Shown here: positions 44,725 through 58,700 of the stretch, one piece after another
How positions within the stretch are numbered: the first letter of the stretch is position 1
How the letters are laid out: the number at the start of each line of letters is the position of its first letter
Source of the DNA: Azolla caroliniana
Taxonomy: Eukaryota; Plantae; Polypodiophyta
DNA length: 64,000 nucleotides
Assembly (NCBI GenBank): GCA_043228905.1
Contig: JBHGNT010000015.1
Coordinates: 15,314,001-15,378,000, forward strand
Direction: 5' to 3'
Made by a program: the position numbers and the translations under genes
Notes under the pieces: model-generated
Told to the model about the DNA's origin: nothing
Seen by the model: the letters and a program-made list of their open reading frames with translations, nothing else
Database searches by the model: none

Positions 44725-46879
44725 ATGGTACCTCTTTTACCTTTTCTCCCTTTTCGATACCTGAAGCTTCTCTGTGTTGTACGTCAGAATGAAGGCAACT
44801 CTTTGCTCCCATTCCTAGTCTTTTGTTTGTCTTTGTCTTTGTCTTTATCTTTATCAGACCAGTCCTTTTGTGTTGATCTGTGACTACGGTGAATCTCTAT
44901 GTGTCTGTGAGTGTGATGCTTTCCCTGTTATAGAATAGATTGAAACAAGCTTTCTTCAGATCCCTCTGCTGCTATTTTTATTCTGCTTAAAGATCATAGA
45001 AGATGGCCTGTTAGGTCTCGGTTTTCAACATGAATGTTATGTGTTTTCGCCTTAATTTTAGTGAAGGATGGTCTTTTTGGCCTTGATCTTAAGGATGTGC
45101 CAGTGTTTTTTGGCCATGGTCGCACAATATAAATCTTATATTGCTCTCTGCTGGAGTTTGACCTGGCGATCGATGAAACTTATTATATCTTTACAGATTC
45201 GGATGTAAAATTTTCTCTTGAAGTTAGATAAACTTTTGAAATTGGAAGTTTTCTTATGTTTTTTTCTTTGTAATGTCACATTTATCAATCTGTTTCACCG
45301 TCTTTGTCTGCTTGATTCTGTAGGCTCCCAAACGAGGCGGTAAGGTTGCGGTGCCTGCTCAACCTGAGAAGAAAAAGGTGGAACGTCTATCATCGTACTA
45401 GAGTTTTTTCTTTCATTTTGCCATTCATGTTCATGAAATTAATTTAGGTTTATATGGAAATGCTAATCTTTTTCTTTCTCTTGTATATACATATATACAT
45501 ACATACATATATATATATATTCCATATATACAATGACACTGGATGTGGAAGGATCCCTCTGATGATTTTCTATTGTTGTGTCTCTTTTTGTCACTGTCTC
45601 TGAATCGGAAACATCTCTTCAGGTCCAAGAGAAGGTTGTGAACCCTCTCTTTGAGAAGAGGCCTAAGCAATTTGGCATTGGAGGAGCTCTGCCCCCGAAG
45701 AAAGACCTTCACCGGTTCGTGAAGTGGCCGAAATATGTACGCATCCAGAGGCAGAAGAGGGTTCTCAATCAACGTCTCAAAGTTCCTCCAGCATTGAATC
45801 AATTCACCAAGACTCTTGATAAGAATTTAGGTCTGTCTCTTGTTCATCATTATATAGTATATATATATGTATGTGTGTGCCAACACTAGTAATTAGTTCC
45901 CGCATTGTCTTTTTAACATTAAAAACATAGGATTTTTCCTTCATTTTGGAGTTCTGATGTTCTTTTGTGTGGTGTGATTCAGCCTCAAGCCTTTTTAAGA
46001 TGTTGATCAAGTATCGACCGGAAGACAAGCAAGCTAAGAAGGAAAGGCTTCTGAAGAAAGCACAAGCCGAGACCGAAGGCAAACCCATCGAGAGCAAGAA
46101 GCCCATTGTCGTCAAGTATGGGATCAATCACGTGACTTATCTCATCGAACAGGTATTATTATATGACAACTTAAGTTATTCGAGTCATTTGTGAAATCGC
46201 TTCAGAGTATTTGTTCTTATTCATGCTCTTGCTTTTTTTTATATTTATTTATCTATCTATGTATATATGACAGGGAAAAGCTCAGCTTGTTGTGATTGCT
46301 CATGATGTTGACCCAATTGAGTTGGTTATTTGGCTTCCTGCTCTGTGTAGAAAAATGGGCATTCCTTACTGCATTGTTAAGGGAAAGGCTCGGCTTGGGC
46401 AGGTAAGCTGTTTTCTTCTTCTTCTTTAAGTGTACATTCTGACTGCAAACTAGCCTTTCAAAGAAAGAGATCTTCTGGTGATGAACTGACCTGTTTTATT
46501 TCGCTTGTCAAGTAATATCTATATTTTCTGTAGTTTAAAACTCTCCCTCTTTTTTCATCTTCTGAAGATCGTCCATTCGAAAACTGCAACTGCCTTGTGT
46601 CTTACCTCAGTAAAAAATGAAGACAAGCTTGAATTTAGTAAGATTGTCGAGGCAGTTAAGGTAAAACTCTGTCATCTGTTTTCAGGTTGCTTGTTTACTC
46701 GTAGGTGAGAATTCGTGTATCTAATTGCTATTTCATTGGAATGGTAGGCCAATTTTAATGATCGTTTTGATGATCTTCGACGTCAATGGGGTGGTGGTAT
46801 CATGGGTGTAAAATCGCAAGCAAAGACAAAGGCTAAAGAAAAGGTTATTGCTAAGGAGGCTGCTCAACGGATGTCTTAG
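44725..46879 (+). CDS. RPL7A: 60S ribosomal protein L7a (eL8), 262 aa; exons 44725-44727, 45324-45377, 45623-45830, 45983-46152, 46274-46402, 46568-46660, 46748-46879
   Basis: M|[11 protein letters not shown]..|[17 protein letters not shown]...[11 protein letters not shown]..|[41 protein letters not shown]..|WGGGIMG. All introns GT-AG; phases sum to 789 nt. Confidence 0.96.
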
Positions 46880-48410
46880 ATTCTTGATAATAGATTCTAA
46901 AGTGCGAAGTTTTTGGCTATTGAGAAGGTGAGTAGGGAAATATTTTTTTAACTATGAGAAAGTGGCTCTTGTGTTGAGAGCTCTATTGAGTTTAAATGTA
47001 TTGTTTTTAAAAGATTGTTGATATATTTTTTCATCTGGGTGTACTTCCTTCTTTCTCATCTTTGATTGTAGTGTGGGTTCTTCTCCCATTGGGCATTAGA
47101 CAACTTTAACAATGATACAAATGATCTATCTGTAGAAGTTTCTTTTTACTCTTACCCATTCTTCACAATTAGATCTATGGAAACACATTTGATGTGTAGA
47201 GGGTTTTGGTGGTTTTCATGTCTCTTTTCATTAGTTGGTATCCTTCTATTGTGTTAGAAAACTTATCAGACCAAGGATGTGGATGATTACTGCAAAACTT
47301 GTTATTTAACCGTGCCAACCGATTGCAGAAATGACAGTTCGAAAGCAATGGTTTTGGGATTGAAATGTGCATGATCTTGAAAGTTTTAACTGTGAAGCAT
47401 TTTATAAGAAATAGAAAATGTTTTAATCAAGCTCTGCAAATTACAAACTTTTAATACACTACATTATATGCGCACAGATTCTAGTTGAAGTGTTTTAGAA
47501 TGGTAACATAAGCGTAGTATGTATTTGTAGGTTGAATTAGTGGAGATACCTGAAGTTCTTTATAAGATTTTCTTCAAGCATTAACAAATGTATGCATTGA
47601 GTTATGAGCGAATCTCTATAACTTAAAAAGTATCAGGAGAATCTAAGTTGAATCCTTACCAATGGCTCATCCTTGAGTCTTCATTAGTGGTAATAATGCA
47701 AACTTAAGAGAAAGTGCAGTTAAGTCATGGAAGGTCATTTTTTCCCATCCAGAGCTTGTTGCCATGTTTTTCTTTATCTTATTCTAGGCTGACCCTCAAT
47801 TTTAAGCATATATAGAATTATACATGGTTAGAAAGTAGGAATGTTAAGATTTTGAATCTCTAGTGTTGGTTAAAACATATAATTATTACAGAATGTTCAT
47901 TTTCAGTTTATTTGTTGAAATGTTATTGGATGTTCGGTATGCCTAGAAGAAAATTGAGGTAGCAAAATAAGTAGTGGAAGAAAATTGAAGAAAATGCAGC
48001 TGAAGTGAATGAATGATGGTAAGAGGTGAAGTTTGATGCTATTGTTTGAGTGAGATGGGTGATTGTGTTATCTATCCAAATTGAGTGGTATTGTAATGTA
48101 ACCAAGTTAATGGATAATCATAAGTTATGTGGCTACATGCTCTTTGTTAACACAATGCATTGGAGTTTTCATGTCCTAAAAAAGATAATGTATTATTGCT
48201 CTCTTAGTTCTCTCTCATACTCTATTCCTCTCATTCAACTAGTGTTTGTATTTAATATAGTGCGCTTGTCTTCCTTTGTTTTTAATCATTCTTTATGGAG
48301 GGTATGTGTTGAAAGCATACAAAAGAGTAGCATATAGATAAAGAAAAGTACTTCATCTTCATTTCTTCATATTTCTCTCTCCTTTGTAGCACTCCTTTTC
48401 TACCCCCACT

Positions 48411-49105
48411 TGTCAAGGGGGTGGGGGGTGGAGGCATTCATCGTTCCATGTCTTCATCTAATCGATCTTGTTACGGGCATGTATGGAATTTACCGTAGTA
48501 TTCTATACATGTGGATAAGTGTGAGGGTTAAACAAGAGTGTTAAGAAGGGGAGGATTACTTTTAAATCCTCGAGATTGAGACAACCCATTAGGCCAAGTG
48601 TGAACATAGTTGGGGGCCTTGAGTATCGCTATAAATAGAGGCCTAGCTACTCTCATTTGATTATCTTGTTGACTTTGTCTTGTGGTGGGTCAACTCTTGT
48701 AGTGAGCGCACCAACACCAGGTATGACTTGATGCCACGGTTGTGGTATGGGATGCCGATCAAGGCTTGAGTCCGTCTCGATCCCCTCGCTCGGGGGTGGT
48801 CAGGTGGATCGACACCCTTCTTTCTCTCTCTCCTTTCTTTCTATCTACCTAGATCTATCCTTATCTAATGCTTACTTTAGTACATGTCTCTAATAGATCT
48901 TGTAGAGATTTTTAAGTTTGTATTTAAATTGGCTTTATGGTTTGTCCATAGAGACAATGTTGGATGGGAAACTCAATTGAATGAATTACATGCTTGGGAT
49001 GCTCAAAATGTCCACCATATTGGATTCACATGAGTTCTCTTAAGTTACATGCTTGGGATGCCCAAAATGTCCACCATATTGTATTCACATGAGTTCCTAA
49101 GATAC
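48411..49105 (+). mobile_element. Possible old solo LTR
   Basis: Starts TGTCAAGGGG, has ctataaatag at ~48630 and a ~58-bp tandem duplication at ~48985-49097. No TSD confirmed. Confidence 0.35.
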
Positions 49106-49899
49106 AAGACTTGGTCAAACTGTTTGAGCTAGTGGGAGCAACAGTGTTAAGCCCACCAAGGAGATCTCGCAGTTAAAACATGGAGATCTGATATTTGAAT
49201 TGCATTGTCTATTTTGAGTTTTGTTACTTTTAATATCAAAAATTATATATTTCTTTTAGTGGGAATACAAATTTTTATTTTCAATTCAAGGTCATGCCAA
49301 TGTTATGTATATGAAGGGGGTTCCCCCAAGTTGATCTCAAGTAGATCAACATTGGTCTTGCCACTTGAGTGTTAATTAGTTTGTCTTGCTTATCAATGTT
49401 TTATCACATGCCTCTTTGCTCCCTTGTCTCCCCCATGTTCCTTTTTGTGTCCTTTGACTTTGCTCATCAAATCCTCTTCTCAGATAATAGAAACTATTCT
49501 CCTTCTCATTCTCTCATTAAATCTTGTGCTCATGTACTCTCTCTTTTATCGTCTTGCGTGCTCATTCTCCTCACTTGATCTCCAACTCTATTCCTTTCTT
49601 CTTAGTAGCTCACTCACTCATGAATCATCATTTCTACTTGCTTGGTCGTCTAATAAAGAACAAAGTCATGAGCTTGTCTAGAACAATGGTACACTCGATG
49701 TACTTGATGAAACACAAAGACAGATATCAATGGAAGCTTGAACAAGAAACACAGAATATGAGAGGGAAAAAAGGGAGGCACATAATACTAATTGTATTAT
49801 TAAAAAATATGGCTTCAATGCTTGAAGGGAAAGTTCGTGGTGTTGGAACAAGAAAATCAACACATATTGGGTGATTTTCAACAAATTACCATAGAAAAG

Positions 49900-52085
49900 C
49901 AACAACACAAGGTTTGGCATTAGGAGTACAACAATTAGAAGCAAGTATTGTGCCTTCACAACAAGCAATGAGAGTTCAAGGCATCCTTATAGAGCCAACA
50001 ATCAATTTCCCCATGAAGTTTGATGGAACAATCACCGTTTAGAGAGTTCCTCAATCATGTATGTTTAATAATCCAAATGCATCCTTTTGGATATCCAACT
50101 GATGCATCGCGAGTGGATTAGTAGACACATTACTAAGCAGTACAACATCAACCTAGTTGCTTAATTGTTCGAAAAAGAATCTTCCTTGTTAAATCATTTC
50201 GAGGAATTCATTAGTGAATTGAAGGAATGTTTTGGAGATACTAATAGTGCTAGAATAGCAATTAACAAAATCCTAAGGTTACAACAAGGTGGTCATCCAA
50301 CCTCAACCTATGCGGTTGATTTTCGTGTACTCACAACCCATATTCCATGGGATGATCAAACATTAATGGAGGAATTATGATTTGGGTTACACAATGATGA
50401 TGTAAAGGATCTACTCCACACATTTCCAAAGGAATCACAATCACTCGTAGAGGCAATCATTCAAGTAGTACGGTGCGATAATCAGATTCTCGAGCAACAT
50501 GCAGAACGACAACAACAAAAGGCAATAACAAGATCAGAGCCCATATATGCATCAAGCATAGCAAAACCCTCCCCAAGGGAATCATAAAATACATATTCTG
50601 CAAATACCTCCAACAAGTGGAAATTGATGCAATGCATCCTCATGGACTATTGTTAGAGAAGGGAAAACAATGACATCAAGCAAACCGCCTATGTTTATAT
50701 TCTAGTGGCCTAATCAACGTAAATTTATCAAAGATTATGTTCACACGTGTGACACATGTTGTAGAGCAAAGATGCCTCGACACCACCCTTGTGGATTATT
50801 ACAACCATTACTAATTCCAAGCAAGCCATTGTCATGATTATTGGTCATGCCAAAGCTCGAACCCTCGACCTTGGCACTCATCTTATAACACCTTACCCAC
50901 TAGGTCATTTAGATTATGTGACAATAATTAATGTCAATATTAAGAGATGTATGCATACAACATTATAGAACATTCTAAATCATTATGGAACATTGTGGAA
51001 CTTTCTAGAACATTTAAGGAAACTCATGAAGGGATGACATGTGACATTGCTTGCTCTTGCATGTGTCATTACCTACTCCTATAAATTGAAGCCCCTCGCT
51101 ATTTTCAAGTTATTCCGGTTCAACACCGGTCTCCAGCCTTCTAGCCTACATTATCAATCATTCTCTTAATTCTCTAGTTGTAACATTCTCTCTTTATAAT
51201 AAATATCTCACCATTCTACTTCAACAAGAAACTCTATCTTTTCTCTTGTCCGTGTGCAAACTACTAGTTATAATATTCTCTCTTTATAATAATAATAATA
51301 TCTCCATTCCGCTTCTTCCAAATATCCTTATCCCTTTTCTCTTGTCCGCGTGCTGACAGCCATGGCATCTATTTTAGATATTGCACATTCGAAGGGGTTG
51401 TTATCTTAATTCCATGCACTAAAAACATCACTAATGACAAAACAATAGACCTAGTCATTCGTGAGGTATTTCGACATCGTTGTCTTCTAGACAACATCGT
51501 CAGTGATAATGACCCACAATTTATATGTAAGTTTTGAAAGTATGTATTCGCAATGCTAAAGTTTCCTACAAACTCTCCTTAGGTTATCACCCACAGACTT
51601 ATGGTCAAATAGAGCATATGCCAAATCAAATGTTAGAGTAGTATCTTTGATTCTTTATTAGTTATCAACAATATGATTTGGGCCAATATATTACATTTTG
51701 TAGAATTTGCATATAAGCAATCTATACATTCCTCTACTAGGGTTACGCCATTCTATGCATACACAGGTTCCATCCTCAATGGTGTTTATTAGAAGCTCTT
51801 GAATTGCCAACAAATGTTAGCACTCTAGATTATTATGATTTGAGTATGGCAGATTCACGTGGAACTTTCCAGACATCTACATGAAGCTCAAGTAACACAT
51901 AAATCCAATGTAGATCAATATTGGCTTCCATTTACTTTTCACGTTGGAGATCGAGTATGGTTATTACAACGTCATATAAAGACTATTGGACCATGTGATA
52001 AATTGGATTATCAACGGTTAGGCCCTTTTGCCATTAATGCAAAAATCAATGGTGCGACCTTTCAACTTTATCTTCCTCCTTGATT
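49900..52085 (+). mobile_element. Highly decayed Tcn1-like chromovirus (gag, internal deletion, integrase)
   Basis: Gag FEEFISELKECFGDTNSARIAINKILRLQQG is homologous to the 17635-18464 gag. Integrase GLLQPLLIP...GDRVWL...KLDYQRLGPF. PR/RT absent. Confidence 0.8.
50830..51358 (+). mobile_element. Solo LTR (529 bp) inside the decayed integrase
   Basis: TGTCA...TGACA termini with TSD GCCAT (50825-50829, 51359-51363). Shares motifs with the LTR pieces at 16837-19024. Confidence 0.85.
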
Positions 52086-54977
52086 CAAAACAAGTTGCAA
52101 AAATAGACCCTAATGATTTTAACTTAAAGCGTCCATGTAGATATTCAATTTCTTAAACTTAACCATATTGGGGTCAAACTTCTTCTCATTTGCATCTACG
52201 TCAAACTTGCACATAATGTCATCCTCCAGAGGAATCAAAGGATCCATATGCATTGCCATTAATTGGGCCTGTATGTTCCAAATAAAGAAAATTGCTTAAC
52301 AAGCAACAAAGAAACAAAAGATGACATCGAAAGTTGTTTGCAATACTTTCTACGACTTATACATTCATATATGAATGTCAAAGAACCCAAAACGCAGGAC
52401 AAAACTTCACATCAAAACTCATCCACAAGTTTCGAACAAGAGACTAACTTCCACATTGGTGACAAACTTACAATTCTCGGCATGAGGTGCAAAATATGTT
52501 AATCACATCGCTTTTGGACAAACATATGGTTTGTTTCCTTATTATGGTCTTGACTCTCCACAAGAAATATAGGTAGCTTGATATTCTTCATCACCACAAC
52601 CATTTCCACACTTTCCAATACTTTTCTTGTGTCAAAAGAAGTTGGGAAAATATAGCATAGTGTATGGTTATTCGATTTCTTAAATCTGGTTGTCCCAATG
52701 TGGAAATTCAACTCTTCTATGTTCAATTCAAACTTGCATAACACTACATTTAACTTGTTCCATATGATTCAACAAGAGAAAAAGGTTTAACAAGGAACAA
52801 AGAAACAAAACATGATTTCCAAAAGTGTTTGCAATATCTTTTTACTTCAACTTCTAAACAAAGATATTCTCAAAGTGTTTTATTGCATAAAGTATGCATA
52901 AAATGTCATTAACATGGCTCTTGCATCAATCAAGCTCCCTATTGAGATCTCTATAAGATCTTAGATCATGTATCTCTATGGTTTCTTCCAACTTCAAAAC
53001 TGGTTGTGGCACTTAAAAATGTAGAACGAGTAATTACTTGTGCCTTTATCTATTACCTTAGTGAGTGTCGAGTCAATGTTCTCCTCGTTCTTTATGTGGG
53101 CATATCTGTTTATATTGATTTGATATGGGGCGAACATTATGTTCCCACCATGCCTTGAGAACAAGAAAAACGCATACATGTATGTACCTTAAATCATCGT
53201 GATAACTCTATAACTTTCCAACATGTCGAGTTATAGAAATACAAAATACATGTGTATTGCCTCAACATCATGATGCGTACTTAGACAGACACATGTGGAA
53301 CTACATACGGAGTTGGGGCATATAGGTGAATGTGTCCTATTTTATGTGCTCAAGGTCACATCATGTAGATTTGTTTCATTGTTGAGATACTAAATATGTT
53401 AATCACATGGCTTCCAGTACTTGAATATGTAAATTACAATAAACTTGATGCTAAGGCATTTTGATCTTGTAAAGCAAATACCTCTTACCACAAACACTCC
53501 TTTGCACAAATGTTTGCATTTTCATTCTTGTTTTAAAACATAATCCCTTCTTAAGATATTTCTTTTCTGGCTAAGAGTGGTTTTATAACATGCATAATTT
53601 CAAGCATGCTTGCTTGTAAGGTATTTCTCACTTTGAAGTCAATTATATCACAAGTTATGGTAGTTATTCCACATATCATAATCCTTCCTCTTTGAACCAT
53701 CATAGTTTTTGTTAAATCAACATACACATGCATGGGGAGAGCCTACACTATGGATAAACTTGAAGAGAGCATAAAAATTTGCTTCTCAATACACATTTCT
53801 TGAAAACAAGCATCTATTCTTTTAGGACAAGTTCTAAAATTGCCTGTAATTGAGAGTTACGAAGAGGAAAACAAAGTTGAGTATTACGACAAGAAAGCTG
53901 ATTGTGGCGAGCACAATAAGAAGTTCACGTGAAGCTAAGGAGGTTTGATATCGATTTTTAAATAGATGAGACCAGTGGGATTGGAATCATGATGCACCAT
54001 TGAATTTCGATGGTGGTGCCTATCACTTATTGAATCATTACTATTTTCTTAGCTAGAGCTTATAAAGATGGATGTGTTGAACTTGACTTTATCTTTTATT
54101 CGTGGTAAATGTATGCCCACATGCTATCATGGTTACATAATGCAAGCAATTGCTCCTCTTCTTCTCTTAAAAAATGAAAAGAAATGGTTTGGATAATGGA
54201 CATAAATTGATACTTTAGATTTTACTACTACTTTCCAAACATATGATCATGTAATCGTTTTGTGTATTGTTGTCGTCGGTTATCCCTATTGTGTACGGTA
54301 GCTTATCCATGCTTTCTAAGAGATAACTATGAGAAATTTTAAATGATCTTTAGTTCTTGCACATGATTTGGAGGAATAAAAAGCTTAGATCTAAGATAAA
54401 AAAAATGTTATAATTTATGCTTAGCTCTCTTAACAACGAAGTTTAAAGTGGTTCAAATAACATGAGAATGTGAATTCATATTTAAATTTTAGAAGTTTGC
54501 AATGCTTCAAATGATAATGTAACTAAGGAGCACTTTCGATTACTAATAATAGAAGGTAGAAAACAATCAATCATTCAATCAATGTGGATGTACGGGTCAT
54601 TCAGTGAAAATAAAACTCTTACTTCGTGGTGAAAAAATTCTTGTCAATCCTATTAGAGGACAAACAAGAAATCATTCACCTCATGTTCTTTCTTATGGCA
54701 GCAATTTTGTGCCATATCGACATGGACTTTAGTCTAGACATTTAGTCAAAACTTGGCCCATTGTTGGATTCACACCACATCAATGGAATTCTTGGCAAAT
54801 TTCGATGAGCAAAGGCATAACACATTGCATGCCTTCCCATAGGAACGGCATTAGAAGGGAGCTATTGACGGACTTTGAAACATAAAAGAGGCAAACATTG
54901 TTTTCGTCCATCTTCTGACATGAATGGGGCATTTGAGCAAAAGTGTTTCCCATTCGGCAAACACAATTGTTTCGTGT

Positions 54978-55077
54978 NNNNNNNNNNNNNNNNNNNNNNN
55001 NNNNNNNNNNNNNNNNNNNNNNNNNNNNNNNNNNNNNNNNNNNNNNNNNNNNNNNNNNNNNNNNNNNNNNNNNNNNN
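54978..55077. other. Assembly gap (100 N)
   Basis: Run of N. Confidence 1.
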
Positions 55078-55530
55078 AAATCAAAAAATAGAAAAAGAAA
55101 AAGAAAAAGAAAAACATCTGTAGACTTAAAAAACAAAATGAAAAAAAAAACCTAAAAAAAATATCAAAAGTAATTTATTTAATTCAGTGGAAATTTGAGC
55201 GAGGGAAGAAAAACAGCCGTAAAAAAACAGAGCGAAATAAATAAAGAAAATAAAATATGTAGACTTAAAAAATAAAATGAAAAAAGCCTAAAAAAAATAA
55301 ATCAAAAGTAATTTATGTTTTTGAGCGAGTGAAAGAAAGAAAGAAAAAGCAAACAAAAACAGAGGGAATATAAAGAAAGAAAGGAAAAAAATATGTAGAC
55401 TTAAAAAGAAAATGGAAAAAAATAAATCAAAAGTAATTTATTTAATTCAGTGGAATGAAGAAGAAGAAGAAAAAAAAACCAGCAAACAGCGAAATAAATA
55501 AAGAAAAGAAAAGAAAGAAAAAAAAATGGT
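55078..55530. repeat. A-rich ~140-bp tandem repeat, ~3 units, next to the gap
   Basis: tgtagacttaaaaa...atcaaaagtaatttat recurs at ~55119, ~55258 and ~55394. Confidence 0.8.
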
Positions 55531-55745
55531 ATTAAAAACGCCTTCGGCTTCTTCTTCACCTTCTTCTTCTTCTTCTTCTTCGTCTTCGTCTTCGTCTTCT
55601 TCTGATTTCTGCTTTCTCTGATTTCTGCTGTTCCGCCATAGCTGAGAGCTGCTTCTTCCTCACCTTTTACTTACTTACTTACTAAATCACTTACTAAATC
55701 ACTTACTAAATCACTTACAAAATCACTTACTTACTTAACTTAGCC

Positions 55746-58700
55746 ATGGAAGCTTCGCCTCCCGCCGAGTTCGACGAGTACCAGAAGCTTGTCTGGAGAA
55801 TGAATCCCCCAGGTACAAAAATCTCAATCCATCACCATGCCACATCTTCTTCTGCTCTTTCTCTCTTTCTCTTTCTTTTTCTCTGTGTTTATTTACCCTC
55901 CCCCCCCCCCCCCCCCCCCCCCCCCACCCCCCCCACCCCCTTGATTCTGCTTTGGACTTTGCTCTCCTCAATGCCTGCATTGCCTGCAGGTTTCCTCGCT
56001 ACTCTCCTCCTGTGCTCTTCGATCCTTCTGCATTTCATATTTTCTCTGCATTCCTCAATGCCTACATTGCCTGCAGGTTCCGTCGCTACTCTCCTGTGCT
56101 CTTCGATCCTTCTGCATTTCATGTTTTCTCTGTATTATATATACTGATTCTATCTCTTCTGTATTGCAAATAACTGCATTATCTGTTCTCTTTTGCCTTA
56201 CCACTTCTGTATTTTGATTCGCTATTCCATGTTTTTGCTTGATTTCTGCACATTCTGTGATTTGGCGATGACGGCCTGCCAATCGCCATTTGGTCTTGCT
56301 TCTTCTGTCTGTCTCAATGTGGCTACCATCTCCCGGGCTTTTAATTTCTTCCTTTTGGAAGCTTGTCTCTTCTCTGTCGCGCGCCATAGCTTTGTTCCTT
56401 TGATTCCTGAACAAAACGCTATACATGAGATTGAGAAAAAATATGCCTTCTTGCTTCTCACGCTCTGCGTGTCTCCTTTCTGTTCAGAGTCGTCGTGGAC
56501 AATAGCTCCTGCGATAACGCAACACTCTTCAAGGTATGTAATTCATATCCATCTCATTATATTCTCACCAAATTCTCTGCATTTCGTTGATTCATCGCCA
56601 TGGCAATCACCACTCTCTTAAAAGCCTTCATCTTCACCATTATCATATGCCTTAATCGTCTAATTATCGCCATGGAAATCACCACTCTCTTTAAAGCCTT
56701 CATCTTCACCATTATCATATGCCTTAATCCTCTAATTATGGCCATGGCAATCACCACTCCCTTAAAAGCCTTCATCTTCACCATTATCATATGCCTTAAT
56801 CCTCTAATTATCGCCATGGCAATCAGCAAAAGCTTCATCTTCACCATTGTGATCATCCTCGTCCTCGCCTTCATTATTCGCCATCATTCATTGCCGTCAT
56901 TGTTATCATAGCTATATCATTACGCTTCATAATCATCTTGATCTTCATCGCCATCATTCGTCTGCTCTCTTCCTGACAGGTGGACAGCTCTAACAGGCAT
57001 GGCATACTTCTTGAAGTCGTGCAGCTCCTCACTGACCTCGACCTCCATATCCACAAGGCTTACATTTCTTCTGATGGAGGATGGTTCATGGATGGTAACA
57101 CCCTACCATAAAAAACACGAACATTTCTCTGCCTTTCCATTATATTTTCTGTTTTTCAATACCATCCATCACAGTCGATAAATTATATTATGCTCGTTCT
57201 CTGCACAAAATCTGCTCCCTTCTTCCTTCCTTCTCTACTCAGCCATGTGCATTCTAATGAAAAACTATTAAATGTAAATCTACCTCTACTTGCATATAAA
57301 TCATGACCTGATTTACAGAGATCATCACATCTCTCTGACGCTATGTCTATCCAATGTTCCCTGTCTTCTCCTTTTCGAACTTATTATTAGTTCTGCAGAT
57401 GACCGGTAGCTCCATTAGCTCAGATTTCTCTCTTCTTTCTTCCCCCTCGCACGTACTTATCTATCAACATGTAACTTTGCTATGCGCGTGTTCCACTTCA
57501 CTCTATGCCCTCTGCAGAATATAGCGATGGCTCCTAAGCTTTTTTGTTTGCTTTCGCACTTCATCCTCTCACATTTGTCGATTGGATAGCCATACTGGAG
57601 AAAGAGTAGTTCATGAAATTGTTTCAGTTTTCCACATAATCTGTATACTTCCTCGGCTATCTTCTCCTTCTATCTTCCTTCTCTTATGTTCTGAGTTTTG
57701 CTGTTGAGAAGCTGAAGCATCTGTTGTATTTCTCTCTATGGTTTTTTGTTTCTTTGCAGTTTTCCATGTGACAGATGCGTCTGGAAATAAAGTAACAACG
57801 CAAGAAACTCTCGACTTTGTAGAGAAGGTTCCATTACTTAATCCCTGTCTTGTTAACTTTACTTGCAGATCTCTCTGTATGCATTTGTTTGCCTTATGCG
57901 TCATTCGAAACTATTCTGTAGATATTTAACACTGGGGCATTATACTTGTTTTTTCCGTTATTGGGATCAGAATCATTTGAGCTTCTGACACTGTATTTGC
58001 TGAATGTCATAACTGTTGAATTGGGGCGTCTAAAATGAATATTTTTGATAGTTGCCGTTACTGCAATGGCGCTGTTTTTTTATTTTTCCTTGTAATTGTA
58101 GCACCCTTGTGATATTCTTGCCGGAGTTTTGAAACTTTGGCTTTTGCCCACTTCCATCATTGTAATGTTCTTGGGCTTATAATTTATTGCCAATATGTTC
58201 TGTTACTCTGTTCTCATTTGATTAAGTAATCTTCACGTATTCATAATTGCTATGTAATGTGGCATCTTTTCTGTTGGTTTCAATTATTTATGAAGTATCA
58301 ATGTACATAATGTTGGACATTCATGATAAATTTCTTATGCTCCAGTTGGAAACCTGTGTTGTGGTTGCAGAGCATTAGCATAAGTCATCAGTATCCCGGG
58401 AGGGTAGGGGTACTTCAATCCACAGCAGAACAATATACTGTAATTGAGCTAACCGGAACTGACCGACCTGGGCTTATGTCGGAGATTTCTGCTCTTCTAG
58501 CTGAGATGAGATGCAACATTGTAGCCGCCGAGCTATGGACTCACAATCAAAGGGTGGCTTGCCTTCTCTACATTACCGATATGCTCAGCAATGGCCCTAT
58601 TGAAGAGATCGAGCGCCTCTCACGAATCAAAGAATCCCTTTGCAACGTTTTGAAAGGCTACAACCAAATTAACTCGGGTAAAGGTGCGAAAACAGATTTT

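Noticed and set aside
44728-46747. Intronic snoRNAs in RPL7a (gtgatga at ~46478, ctgatga at ~45559)
   Set aside because: No convincing C/D pair with a terminal stem or rRNA-antisense guide seen by eye; would need snoscan or Infernal.
52100-54977. Possible gene or DNA-transposon remnants in the AT-rich stretch
   Set aside because: Short ORFs with no recognisable domain, termini or TSD.
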